Shown piece by piece: positions 13,035 to 25,957 of a stretch of DNA of 64,000 nt. The translations under genes were made by a program, and so were the position numbers. The number at the start of each line of letters is the position of its first letter. The stretch's first letter is position 1. The DNA is from Bugula neritina (lineage: Eukaryota > Animalia > Bryozoa), in assembly GCA_964035545.1 (NCBI GenBank), contig OZ037767.1:13873801-13937800 (forward strand), written 5' to 3'. The notes under the pieces were generated by a model, which did not search any database, was not told where the DNA came from, and was given only the letters and a program-made list of their open reading frames with translations.

Positions 13035-13184
13035 CAGGAAAGAGAGAAATTTTAATAGCCTTGAGTTCTTCAACTTTTCTCAATCAATTTCAGTTTAAGA
13101 TTCGAGGTCATATAATTTATTTTGCTACATTTTTAATCTAGAACACAGGCTTTTCCCAATTTCTCCATTACTGCACCTGCCCCT
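13035..13184 (-). mobile_element. Short MITE copy 2 (inverted relative to 12398-12556)
   Basis: TTTGCTACATTTTTAATCTAGAACACAGGCTTTTCCCAATTTCTCCATTACTGCACCT is the near-exact reverse complement of 12398-12455. Confidence 0.65.
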
Positions 13185-13745
13185 AAAAAGAGGAAAAATT
13201 TTTATAAGTGTGATTTAGTAATCTTTTCTTAGTCACTAGGCTATTTTATTTTCTGCTCAAAAGCAAACTGCGTCTTCCGTTTTTAACCCTTTTCTGACCA
13301 GAAACAATCAGCCGGAAATTGTTTATTTCAAGCACTCATCATTTTATGAACAAGACAAACAAAGATAAAAATAAGCTATTTTTGTTCACAATAAAAATGC
13401 AATTGCTATATCAATCATTTATTTTTTTTTGTTTCCAACACATAAAATAGTTAACAGACATATTTAAAATAGAATCATCTTAATTGTCAATCAATATAAT
13501 GGGTAGCTAAAACACCTTGTCTTTCAGTGAAAGGCAATCTAATTGGTCTATAGCAAGAGAACACGCACCTTATTGGCTAGTGAGTACACAAAAGAAACTA
13601 TCTGCTTTAATGGCAGCTTCATTGAAAAAGTACTAATGCAATATAAATATTTGATAATATAAGAAAATATGCATTCTATGTTAGTAGTTTAGATACTCAT
13701 AAACATCCTCTTAGCCATGGGCTAGTGCTATATCATTACAGTAAA

Positions 13746-13970
13746 GGGAGTAGCCGTGGTCTAGGGGTTAGACTTTAGAGTTTAGAGCATTCGCCTAGTA
13801 AACACGAAGTCATGGGTTCGAGCTCTGACGAAGGCCATTGATGATGTTATGAAAAGCATCCAGTCCTGTGCCACATCTGAAATAAGTCCTCAGCTTAATC
13901 TAACAAAAACGCCTTTCCATCAGGGGCTTTCTCACAGGAATGGCTATTATAAACTTGCGCGAGTTCTTTT
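13746..13970 (+). mobile_element. tRNA-derived SINE, family A copy 2
   Basis: A-box-like TGGTCTAGGGG, B-box GGTTCGAGCTC, shared central core and T-rich tail; five copies in the window. Confidence 0.85.
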
Positions 13971-14747
13971 ATTTTGGTTCATCTTTGGAATTTAGAATTC
14001 CTGGCGATTAACCAATTTATTAAAAAGAAAAAACATTCTTCATTTTAAAATTCAAAATTTAAAACATAACGTCATTAAAATATACCTTCTTTTCACCATA
14101 CAGCTATTGATACCAAAATAAAACCTATCTATTAAGCCTGCATGCTTCAAGAAGCTGGTGAAAAAGAAATTTAGATCAGCCTTAGTTCTCAAAGAGAAAC
14201 ACAATAATGATAGTTATGTTCTTGCAACTGGAGCTCAAAGCAAAGTTTGGTAAGAAAATCACAGAGCTTAGGCCTTTAAATTTGTTACTTGCTGCACCTA
14301 GATACGTGAAACAGACAGTATTTTCTGCTATTTTTAATGGTTAAATGAAATATGTTTAATTAGTTTAGCAATCCTTCTATCTCATTATATCTCCAAGTAT
14401 TAAATACACAATACTCTCAATAGACTGGGATTGTGTCATTGAATATTCATGCACAATATATAGTTTACAGATAGCAATCTGCCAGTTCATTGTTAAACGT
14501 CTGTTTTGGCATTTCCTTAGTTATTTATAAAATTGAAATTTATTTGAGGAATTTAAAATACAGCCTGACGCAGCTAATAGTACCTACCTGTGGAATTTAG
14601 CCTAGGAACTTGAGAAACAACTATAGTAAGAGCCTACAAGTAACCCACCCCAAATGAATCACCAAAGCTATATTTATGATAGTGACTATATGCCAGCAGT
14701 GTCATGACTATTCCCTACTAAAATATGGTATAGGAACCAGTCTATAC

Positions 14748-15091
14748 CCTGGTGTCCAACAGGAGACCCCAGGGCTGTCCAACAGGAGGCCCCAGGGCCG
14801 TATGTGGCCCCCAGCCTACATTTACATGTGACCCTCAAAGGCATAACAAAGAAAATTATTTTGCACACATATATGAATTTAATGTCTTTTTTGTATATAC
14901 ATGCTAAAAACATGCAGCCTGCAGTAACTATTGAGACTTCATTGTGTAATGATTCATAGGAATTTCGAAGAAAGTAATTTGAAAAATACTAATGCTGTGG
15001 CCTCTAACTCAAGCTAAATATTGCAGTGTGGCTCTCACGGTGGAATATTCCATTTAGGTGGCCCTCAACCCGAAAAGGTTGGACACCCCTG
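14748..15091. mobile_element. hAT (Charlie-like) non-autonomous element
   Basis: Ends CAGGGCTGTCCAAC (left end locally duplicated) and GTTGGACACCCCTG; imperfect 8-bp flanks GTCTATAC / TTCTATAA; GGCCC subterminal motifs. Confidence 0.6.
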
Positions 15092-16055
15092 TTCTATAAC
15101 AACAATGTTCAGACTTCTTTGTACTAATATATCCATTACTAGCTATTCACAAGTACTTGACTGATCGATTTTAAATTAATAATAATTCTTTAGTAGTTTA
15201 CAAACATTCTTGGTGTAGGGATGAAAAGTTTTTTATTAGCCTGAGCTTTTCAATTTGTAGTACAGGTTTTTAGTTTGGGGCGTATGAAGACACGGCCCCT
15301 TTTGCATAATATAATAATAAATTAGTGATGAGGAAGAAAAATAAATCCTATATGGGATACGTGGGTACATCTGCAACCCCCCATGCTCTTTGTTTATATT
15401 TATTTATACCTCCATTACATTAGATCAGGTGTGTTTGACGGCACGTGGCGTGTGCCTCCCCCAAGAGAGGTTCTGCTGCATGTATTGTCAGCTAAAGGCT
15501 CAAAATAGCTTTTCTAACATTTGTACTGATAATCAATGAATAAATGAAGTGAGAGGTAAAAGTGAGAGAATAGGATAACAATTCCAATTTATTCACAACT
15601 AAGATAATTTTGCAGATAAACTTGAGAGGTTACGTAGAATGTGCATAGGGCCAGTTTTGCAAAGTCACAAAGAATAAAATTTATTGTTTCTATGCTGTCT
15701 ATAATAATTGCCATGAGGATAGATATTCTTGTTAAGGGGGGGGGGGGGGAAGAATAACATTCAGTAGTCATATTTGGGTGATCTATTGGTTTATTTGTGG
15801 ACATAAATATATAATATGAAAAATACTAAAAGGTTGAAAAATATACATTATTACTGTATAAATAATAATACAGTAGAATAAAAACCCGAGGGATAATATT
15901 GTTACTATAAATACTTTAATATAAATACTGCAAGACTAGATAGTTTTAAAAATATAAAAACTTTTTTGCCACATTATACCGGTTTCAGTCATATGGAGTC
16001 TAAATTCAGCCAATCACGTTGCTACAGACTAAATCACATATGTGAGATGCAATCA

Positions 16056-19000
16056 TCATCTGGGATTTTCTACTTCGCTCAAGGTCGTCTCAATGTCAAA
16101 TCTGCACACCGGGCAATTCTTATTGGACACGAGCCACTTGTCAACGCAGTCTCGGTGAAACAGGTGCAGACACGGCAAACGTCTGCAAAAGAAATATTCA
16201 TATAGAGGGAGATGACTCTTTATTTACATCAGAATGGACATAACACATAATACTAGAAAATTGAGTACAATAAACTGCTACACCTCATAGTAGTTTATTG
16301 TACTCAATTTTAGACTGGTAGAATAATGTATACAGTAGTAAACATGATTTCTCCAGCAACAAGGTAATCCGTGCAACTTTAGGAGTTTTCCTATCGCGAT
16401 ATATTATGAATCCTGCGGCTCGCTCTAGTAAAAAATGCAATGCTGGAACAGCTACTTAGTAAACTAAGAAAACAAGACGTGGCGCTCTGCAAGAGTTAGT
16501 AAACTTATGAGGAAACAGCTACACGAATCATAATATATCGCGATAGGAAAACTCCTAAAGTTGCACAAATCAGCTTTTCACTGGGGAAATCATGTTTACT
16601 ACTGTATACATTATTCTACCAGCCTAGAAATGATGGCAATGAGCTACTATGATATTTTTCTCAAGATTAACTATAAAGATATAGAGACAGCAGAAGGAGA
16701 GGATTTGAGTTGTCAATCAGAATGACTCATTTTGTATCTCCTTCATCCGAGAGCTTACCTCACATTCTCGTCTTTCTCAAACTCGCTGATGCATATCGTG
16801 CACTTCTCTAACACCGCAGTACTGCTGGGACCTTCTTCTGACTCACTATGCTTTGAGCTCTCAACCTTCCTGTACTTGTACGCCAGAGTAGTCTCCTCTA
16901 TGGTGGAGTGAGACGCTCCCATACCTCTGTTCTCCATCCAGGACGGCAGAGATGGCGGTCTCATGCCGAATCTCGGGTCAAACGGCCGCAACGGAGGGTA
17001 GGAAGGGGGCTGGAAGGAGTGGACCTGTGGCCCGGAAGGAGGTGCAAATACTGGATCCACCGAGTCAAAAACTACGTTGGGCCAAGTGAAGTGATTATCC
17101 ACCTGCAACACAGGATACTAACCATAATGAGATTGTGCTTTAAGTAAGTACATCTACACAGTAAGTACATCTACATAGTAAGTACACCTACATAGTAAGT
17201 ACATCTACATAGTAAGTACATCTACATAGTAAGTACATCTACATAGTAAGTACATTTACATAGTAAGTACATCTACATAGTAAGTACATCTACATAGTAA
17301 GTACATCTACATAGTAAGTAAAGCAAACTTAGTAAACTCTCCAAGAAAGTAAATATATCATCTAAAAGCAAACAGCCACATCAAATCTTTTGAATCAGAG
17401 AATTAAGACAAAAAGGTGTTAAAGTTCTCACCACGGCCACCGGGCTGATGCTAATATGCATGGGTCCAATTTCATAGTAGCGAACACGAGGGCCCACAAC
17501 TCCCGATCCTTCGCTGCCAGCGTGCTGTTGGCAGGTTGACCTCTGATTGGCCGGCCGTTGGTTGACTGGACGCTGATAGAGAAGCTGTTGATTGGGTGGC
17601 TGAGTCAGAATGCTGTCTCGAGTAGCATAACGCTGAAACCGGGGACGCCGGGGCTGGTTGCTACAATATAATCACAACGTAACGCAATGAGCCGGGGGAC
17701 AACTTCTGTTAATATCCCAGAAAAATGTTGTGTGACCATACGAGAGCATACCCTGATGCTTGCTGAAAGTAGGAGTGCTCAGGTAGATGGTTGCTGCTGC
17801 CAGGCTGTTGGTACCTGCTGCCGGGAGGATGAGTCATGCTGCCGGGTGGATGAGTCATGCTGCCGGGTGGATGAGTCATGCTGCCAGGAGGCTGACTGTT
17901 GGCGACTCGCTGTAGCAGACGCTCGTGTAGAGAACATGCGGGTGGAGGCTCAAACAGAAGACGCTGCAGACATGAAGGTGCAGATGTGACGGGAATTGAA
18001 CCACCAGAGGGAGCTGCAGCCGGTTGAGCCGCTCCTTGACGCCAGCTGGCACCTGCCTGTGTAATCAATCAATCAATACTTGCATTGATATAATTGGGTA
18101 ATAGTTGCTCAAAAAACCTGACTCAGGTTTATTAATGAGTATCGACAAATCATAGAAAAGCAGAAGAAAATAAATCGAAAACTTCAATTCAACAGCGCGA
18201 GATTTTCTAATGCTTCGTACGGGTTAAAACTACTAGTCCTAAAAACTTTTCAGCAAGGAAATAAATATATTATTATGATCGCATGTAAAAGTGTACGGTA
18301 CCAACAAAAAAGAAAAACTTGCCCTGAACAAAGAATATATTAAAAATTACCTGCCGCTCTGTGTCAGCACGTTCCTGGTAAGGGTTGACAGCAGCTGTCA
18401 AATGTAAAATATTGTGAGTAAACAAATGAGATGAATCAGAAGAACAGATGTCGTATGCAATACACTAAATGTCGTATGCAATACACTAAATATCGTATGC
18501 AATACACTAAATGTCGTATGCAATACACTGAATGTCGTATGCAACTTTTAATAAATTTACAACAAAATTTTACAGAAATTAACTATTCAGTTTGACTACC
18601 ACAAAATAAATAAGGGTACAGCTAGCTAGGAGTAACAATGTCGAGTTACCGTCAGGAGAATGACGTCGCCGTCTACTCCGTATTACTGGAGAGGTCGAGG
18701 CTGCGGCCAAAGAGCTCCTGGGAGCCGAGTAAAAGTTGGGGTGACTCGTCGTGTGTCTGTTAGGGCAGGTGAGTCTGTTACGACAACAGCAGGTGGAGCT
18801 GGTCGTCACGTCCAGTAAACTTTCACTCGCTCTGTAAAAGAGTGCTGGGAGAACTTAGTCTAGTGCTGAGATAAGAACTTAGTCTAGTGTTGAGATAAGA
18901 ACTTAGTCTAATGCTGAGATAAGAACTTAGTCTAGTGCTGAGATAAGAACTTAGTCTAGTGTTGAGATAAGAACTTAGTCTAGTGTTGAGATAAGAACTT

Positions 19001-22000
19001 AGTCTAGTGTTGAGATAAGAACTTAGCCTAGTGTTGAGATAAGAACTTAGTCTAGTGTTGAGATAAGAACTTAGTCTAGTGTTGAGATAAGAACTTAGTC
19101 TAGTGTTGAGACAGAAACAGGGTTCAGTGATCAGAAAAGAGCTCAGTCTAGGACAAGACATATGAACTACACGGACCTAGCTGGGATCGGGTGGCCACAT
19201 GAAGCCTGAGGTAGGTACATGCTGTACGTCTCCCGTCTAGCATGCGAGTGACTCGCACCGCCGAGCACTCGAGAACGAGGAACGTTGGGCTGTAAGAGGT
19301 GAGGCTGACTGTTGAATGAGACTGAGTTCATCGTATTTTGTGGCTGAGACTGATGGGCGGGTGAAGCGAACAGCCTTTGTATTGGGAGCCTAGCCCTAGA
19401 CCTATCAGCACAGGAGGGCGTCTGCAAACAGTAACAAGGTCACATGACGCGCAGTGAGAAACTGGACGAGATCTGTGTATATGAGTGCAGTAAACTCCAG
19501 ACTGTTAACTCAGTATAAATTATGTTTGTATGAAAGATATTGAAAAATATACTCATGGAAATCATTGGGCTAATAAACTCGACTCAAAATAATTTGATTT
19601 ACTTCAAAAACACATAATGTTGAGTGATCAGTAAATTAGAACAGTGTATCCCCTGCTGTGTCATCAATAATATGCTTATTTGCAGAGATTTTCACGCTTT
19701 TTTGACAAAACCTATCATTTTAGAACCAATATTAATATAGAAGAGTCCCAAAGGGTTGGCATGAACTTCAGGACTCAGAAAGAAAATTAAATTGAAAGCA
19801 AGTACCTCTGAGTTGTCCCCCCTTTCTTCAGTTCCTTCATTTACCGGATCTATTTCATTGCATTCTTCCTCTGGTGGTTGCTGCATAGATACAAATATAC
19901 ATAGTGTACAGAATACAAAGTTACCAGTATCTATCTTATTAAAAGACATCGAAAGGTTGTAGTAGATATAAGCTAAACTATGTATGTAACGCTAAAGAGA
20001 GAGATGTATGAGGGTCATTTTACTAAATTTAGTACACACTGGAAATCTCCAGTTTTTTTTAGCTATTTTTCACAATTTAGCTGCTAATGAACAAGGGTTT
20101 TTACCCAAAACTAGTAAAATATCAATAAATACACCTAAATAATCAAGATTCTTCTTAATTTTGCTTGATTTCTCATGGTTTTTTCCTATTTATTTAGCTA
20201 ATTTGGACTGCGGACGGTTACAAAAAACCATAACGGTTCGCAATCAAAAGTAGCTCAATAATTAGGAAAAAACATGGGAAATTAAGCAAAATTAAGAAGA
20301 ACCTTGATTATTTAGATGTATTTATTGATATTTTACTAGTTTTGGGTAAAAACCCTTGTTCATTAGCAGCTAAATTGTGAAAAATAGCTAAAAAACTGGA
20401 GATTTCCAGTGTGTACTAAATTAAGTAAAATGACCCATGAATATTTATTTGCACTTCTGGCATTGACTGATAAATCAACAGCGAAATTTGAGAAAAATAG
20501 CTATTAGCAATAATTAGAAAATTACTAACACAACTGATAGCATTTATACCATCAGTCATGTTATTCGTAATAACTGTTGACTCACTAACACAACTAGTCA
20601 CACGACTGACATGACTACTAGTACGACTAGACACTCACAGATATGACTGACTGACTCTCGTTATCAGAGGTTGTGAGGTCGACGAGCTCAGAAGACGGTG
20701 AGGTGGTGAGGTCCACCTCCATTACAGACAAACCCCTGGAAGGAAACAAACTGACCAATCAGAAACACTCTTGGAATTGCAGACTTATTTAGTCATTTGC
20801 TGAGTTTAAAAAATACGCATTTGAGTAGAAAGTTTTCTTTTAGATAAAATAAAAAACAAATAAATGTGTTGATTGAAATAAAATTCTAAATTTGAGAATC
20901 AAATTATTGAATTATTTTTAAAGCTTAAAATGTATTTAAAAATTTAAATATTGTAAATAGAAAAAACAGTATCTAGCACCTCATATCATCTCAGTTAAAC
21001 AAATTCATTTTCTTTAAAATTTATGAAATAATATTTGGGGACAAGTTTTCAACAATTCGTAGGAATAAAAGCAAACTATTACTAGATTACCATAGTAACC
21101 GAATAAACAAACCCAGGTGGTGGACGTAACACGATGATCTCGCTGTCATCACTGTCAGCGTCTGAGTCATAGCTCTGCATGTAACCAGAATTTTGAAAGA
21201 GAGGCTCATCTGGAGAGGTCAAGGGCACACCGAGATGTCGTGCAGCCGAGGCATTTTCCTGGGAATCCAGTCTGTCCATCTGATTGGGTAAAGAGTGGGG
21301 AAGAGCTTGAGAAGAGAGTAGAGATCTGTGATTACTCTGAGAGAAGCTGTGAGCTGGCAGCAGCGAGTCCGTGAGAGAGTCTGAGATAGTGAGCTGGGGG
21401 TAAGGGGGCCCTGCAGGGGGTGGAGGAGGAGGGGGTGAAAGGGCAGTACGTGCCAGTGGTGTAGGTGGAATGAAGGTAGAAGGAGAGAAATGAGAGGGGA
21501 CGGGTAAGGGGGAGGGAAGTACGGTAAAGCGTGGAGGGGGATTTGGTACAGAGATGGAGAGAGTAGACTGGCTGGAGGTGAATGGGTGATACTCTCTAAA
21601 CGCTCCGTAGGACTCACTGAAACAAGATAAAATTTTGACCCTGTAATTTACAATTACAATCTAACTATTGTCAATATTTTAGTTTGAGCTTATCTAAGAA
21701 TTACACAGACAGTGCATATAGCAATTTGCAAGTCAATTACCAACTTGAGCAGTAATTCCTAAAGGGAGCAGCCGTGATCTAGTGGTTAAAGAACTGGCTT
21801 AGTAAACATGAGGCCAGTGGTTCGAATCCCAGTAAAGGTTATTGGTGATGTTAGGAAGAGCATCCAGTCATAATTGCTCCTGTGCCACATATGAATAATT
21901 CCTTAGCCTGATTTAACAAAAAACCTTTCCATCGGGGGTTTCTCACAAACATGGCGATTATAAACTTGCATGAGTTTTTTAAGCAGCAATTCCTAACTCA

Positions 22001-24905
22001 TCAAGTTAATTTTAATACTACATTTTCCCATGACTTTAACAATTCTCTTAATAAACGCTGCCAATAATGCTGATTGAACACGCGAGTGTAGAGGGCTAGA
22101 CAAAACGCTACACAATTCAACCAGACAGCACGTCACCCTGGAATTGTACAGCCGACTACGTTCTGGCTAGAACTACCTGTGAAATGGAGGTAGGGGAGGA
22201 GACTGAGAAGCTAGTGGAGTCTCAGCAAATGGGGCGCCCTGTCGCGGCCCGCAATCTGGTCCCGAGGGTGTAGAAGATGAGCTAGAAGAAAGAGCTGGCT
22301 GCTCTGTGCCAGACTCATACAAAACTGAAACATAAATTCATAAAATGGAATTGCTACAAGTAGGCTGCAACATTAAAGCAATTAAATAAGCAAATTTCAA
22401 CTCTAAAGAAGCGCGACAAGTAACATAGTTTAAAGTTGAGGATGTATTATGACATACATGTAAGTTGGGTTACAGAGAGATAAAATACAAAGAGACGTAA
22501 CTAACCGGGAGGGCTCGGCTGGCTATTTCCTGTGTTGGTTTCTTCTCCAGTTACGGCTGTGTTTGCACGCAGGCTGTAGTCAATGGGCTCGGCGGATGCT
22601 GTAAACCCACGAAATGTAATGTTTTAATTTCACTCACACAGTTCAATGTCACAAAACGGTCACATACATAAGCAACTTAGTTTAGTGAACAGAGATCAAT
22701 ATTTGGACACTGATTGGACAGCTGATGTGTAATACAGATACAGCACACTACACTAAACATGAGTCACCCTAATAGACTGAGTACCCACTAACCGGCACAA
22801 TACTCGTGGTCATTGGCTACAGTCTCCGACTCTCGAACAGCTGGCGGAATAGTGGCGGCAGCACTCAAGTCAGCAGGACTGTCTTGCACACAGGAGCTCT
22901 CCACGTGATTGATCCACGTGTGTATACGTCCCCTGTAACAACATGGTAGACCTAGAACCAGAGGCGTACTTACACCCTACCTCGGTGTGTGTATACGTCC
23001 CCTGTAACAACATGGTAGACCTAGAACTAGAGGCGTACTTACACCCTACCTCGGCGTGTGTATACGTCCCCTGTAACAACATGGTAGACCTAGAACTAGA
23101 GGCGTACTTACACCCTACCTCGGTGTGTGTATACGTCCCCTGTAACAACATGGTAGACCTAGAACCCTGCTGATCTCTCCTCAATACTAATAGCGTATCT
23201 CACATGAATTAGAACTATAGAGACTATAAAATGTAAACACAGCAAGTTCCTACATGCCGAAGAACTGTAGATTAAGCAGAGAAAAAATTGGAAAGTTACC
23301 CAAAGTGTTTACACCACCACCACTAGATATACGGTCAATTACATATGAATGTAATTAAATACAATTACATGAATATTTATCAATTTCAATTATAATTACA
23401 GTTGAAAGTAATGTAATTAATTATGATTACAATTACATGGTAATGTAATTAACTACAATTATAATTAAATTTGTTCCCACAAGGGACAAATAGAAGTTAT
23501 ACAATCTCACTTCTAGAGTCCAACTACTCTGGGAAATTTTGACAGCGAAGAACCTTCTTTGTTCTTATCAGTGATTAATAGGGTGATGCAATACTACATT
23601 GAATTAATCTGAGCTTGTTTAGATTTAAAAGATTTGAAAATTTGAAGTAATTGACATGTAATTATAAAGTAATTGTACAAATTCAATTACATTAAATAAT
23701 CACAATTACATTTTTATACATCAATTACAAATTACTTTCATTTACTTGAAAAAATGTAGTTAATTACAACCAATTACAAATTACAATTACCCCAACCCTG
23801 CTGTCAACACACATACACTCACCTGTCAACAATGTCAGCCGAGTTGACCCGCACTGCCTGGGGTCGCACAAAGTCAGATCTGCTCTCCAGGACGGGAGAG
23901 GAAATGGCCTGCGGAGGCGAGCGGCGGCCATTGTTGTTGAGACGCTGCCTCTCCGACCTCACCGACATCATGTCACTAGAGGGCGCCGGAGACACTACTG
24001 TATCATTGCTGCTGCGGTAGGAGGAGTTCTCTCCGAACGTGGCAAAGTGACTGCTGCTCAAACTGGGAGACGCTGCCAAACATCAAACAGCAGAAATTAT
24101 GAGTCACAACTCAGCTGTCTAACTTACTCAGGTCTGCTGCTGTATATGTTAACATGAAGCCTCTAGTCAACATTACATTAGGAAGAAGTAATTAAGTAGA
24201 ACCTTTATCATTGACTACTTCCTAAGAGCCGTGTGCAAATTTAAGCCTGCGTCAGACGAGATGGTTGCCACGGCAACAGCAGTTCAACTATTGGCCGCAA
24301 TCACTCCAATTTCATTGGCTACTTCAGCAAATGACTTTTTCAAAATTATATGTTTTTATCACTTTACAAGGACAAATTGTTTTATACAAAAATGAATTGG
24401 GTGTTAGATCAAGAGTCTTAAATTCACCTGTTGCATGTTTTGACACTCTTGTTTACCAGTGTCCATTAATATTCCATACTGTGTGGTATATGCTTAAATA
24501 ACAAGTGGTTTTAGCAACATGAAAAATGACTTTTAATGCTGATCATACCAGAAATAGTTGAATAATTTGGCAAGAAAACAAGAGTACAATAATTCTAGTA
24601 ACACTCCATAGAAAGAGACCAACCTCAAGTTATGAATTCATGATATACCACATAGCATTATCTCTCTAGACTTTTACACTTCTGTTATGAGAGAGAAATG
24701 AATAACAACTGCATATATCACAGAGATGTTGGCCACTTACCCACTATCCTAGCATAGTCTGGGACATAGGAGGGCGTGAAGTGAGTGAGTCGGGCCGTGG
24801 GCAGGTACGTTGGGTAGAACGCGATGGAGGGCGGAGCCATTGGCAGAAAGCTGTACTGAGACGGCAGGTAATTGTTGTTGTCAGACGTCTGGTCAACGTG
24901 AGAGG
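16056..24905 (-). CDS. RNF111: Arkadia/RNF111 (RNF165)-like RING-H2 E3 ubiquitin ligase with clustered SUMO-interacting motifs, about 960-980 aa
   Basis: 15 phase-compatible exons: 24905-24741, 24072-23823, 22932-22793, 22598-22506, 22324-22177, 21616-21113, 20735-20639, 19880-19806, 19421-19177, 18831-18650, 18394-18351, 18056-17752, 17660-17432, 17102-16759, 16182-16056. C-terminus [22 protein letters not shown]...[48 protein letters not shown] matches the Arkadia NRG-TIER-RING layout. SIMs: [18 protein letters not shown]. First in-frame Met at 24840; upstream exons are not resolved. Confidence 0.85.
16257..16311. repeat. 24-bp-arm hairpin
   Basis: AAAATTGAGTACAATAAACTGCTA-cacctca-TAGTAGTTTATTGTACTCAATTTT, directly abutting the MITE at 16313. 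Confidence 0.8.
16313..16624. mobile_element. Long-TIR MITE in the intron that splits the RING domain
   Basis: About 100-bp inverted arms (CTGGTAGAATAATGTATACAGTAGTAAACATGATTTC...GTGCAACTTTAGGAGTTTTCCTATCGCGATATATTATGA); TA on both flanks. Confidence 0.85.
17143..17320. repeat. 17-bp minisatellite (AGTAAGTACATCTACAT) x about 10
   Basis: Direct inspection; intronic. Confidence 0.9.
18448..18544. repeat. 21-bp minisatellite (ATGTCGTATGCAATACACTAA) x about 4.5
   Basis: Direct inspection; intronic. Confidence 0.9.
18850..19112. repeat. 24-bp minisatellite (GAACTTAGTCTAGTGTTGAGATAA) x about 11
   Basis: Fills most of intron 18832-19176 and ends just upstream of the acceptor. Confidence 0.9.
20012..20436. 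mobile_element. Foldback MITE (near-complete palindrome), Sola2-like ends
   Basis: About 190-210-bp inverted arms, GGGTCATTTT...AAAATGACCC termini, 4-bp direct repeat ATGA at 20008-20011 and 20437-20440. Confidence 0.85.
21764..21980 (+). mobile_element. tRNA-derived SINE, family A copy 3
   Basis: GGGAGCAGCCGTGATCTAGTGG A-box, perfect B-box GGTTCGAATCC, core TTGGTGATGTTAGGAAGAGCATCCAGTC. Confidence 0.88.
22918..23166 (-). repeat. 69-bp tandem repeat (x about 3.6) spanning the 3' splice site of an RNF111-like exon
   Basis: Unit contains the acceptor ttgttacag, the exon-start copy GGGACGTATACACAC, and GT donor-like sites. Confidence 0.9.
23335..23800 (-). mobile_element. AATTAC-rich dispersed repeat with CAGGGTTGGGG end, copy 1
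   Basis: Inverted homologue of 58226-58680: shared terminus and internal GAACAAAG..GGTTCT...CTGTCAAAATT...AGTTGGAC..AGAAGTGAGA segment. Confidence 0.75.
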
Positions 24906-25957
24906 CTAAAAATACACGCTAGACAAGATGAGCGACGAGGATTTGAAAAGACATCCGTCCAAGACATCGGCCCTCCTATTTTTAGACTAAAAACCGCCAC
25001 AGCTACAGAGTAGAAAGTCCCTAGGATACACGGCTGTGTACTTTAATCGGAAATTATGCATACGGGATCAATAAAATGAATTCCACGTCACTCAGTTTTG
25101 ATGTATGCCATGTCTAATATCTTGAGCTAACATAACATTACTTTGGCATAGAGGAGCGTGTCTGGTATATAACAGCGATGACAAACACAGGGGCGAATAT
25201 GAAGCAATGACTGAAGCTGGGTATATATAACACACACACACACTGTAACCAAGTTAACATAAAAAGGATGCTATATAATAACACACACAGCTGTAGCACA
25301 TGAGTCACTAACATAGGGGATGTAAACCCGTTAGATATTAAGACATTATGATACTAAAAAGAGGAGTAGTAGCGTGATTCACTGCTTCAGTGAGACAAAG
25401 ATCGGGTGGATCAGACCCCCCCCCCACCCGCAATTATTGGTGATGTCGGCAAAGGCCCCTGGAAAACCTCAGACCAAAACACACTTTAGTCTAATTAAAC
25501 CAGAAGTTCCCAAGGGATGGTGACTTTTAACAAGTGTCTTAAACTGGGACACTGGAAGAGTAAAAGTACAACTCGCATAATTAAAACTGCATCAACCCAC
25601 CTCCCTCCTTCTCCATTCTTCTATGTACAAGCTCCAACTCAAAGTCTAAAACAACAGAACGAGTTCAACAACAACACGATACAAGAACCTGTTCAGGATA
25701 AATAAACTCCATTACGTTGTTGGCACTGCAGCTGAATGTAGCAGGCTGTATATTGAGTATACTACGACCTAGTTGATGATAGATACAGTGTACAGTACAG
25801 GGAATTAGATAAATTAAGGGTGCAACTATTATAGCATAGATAACAGGAAAACCTGTGTAATACAACACTACCATCAAAACAATGAATTAAGCTCTATAGT
25901 AACTTCATTGTATCATTACCTCATTATATGTTATGTACCAGCACAGTACCTCAATAT

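Noticed and set aside
14086-14297. Upstream coding exon of the second RING-H2 gene
   Set aside because: Splice-like boundaries are present but the required frame contains a stop; it may be UTR and cannot be supported as CDS.
18823-19161. ORF with (TRLSSYLN)n
   Set aside because: 24-bp satellite inside a canonical GT-AG intron of the RNF111-like gene.
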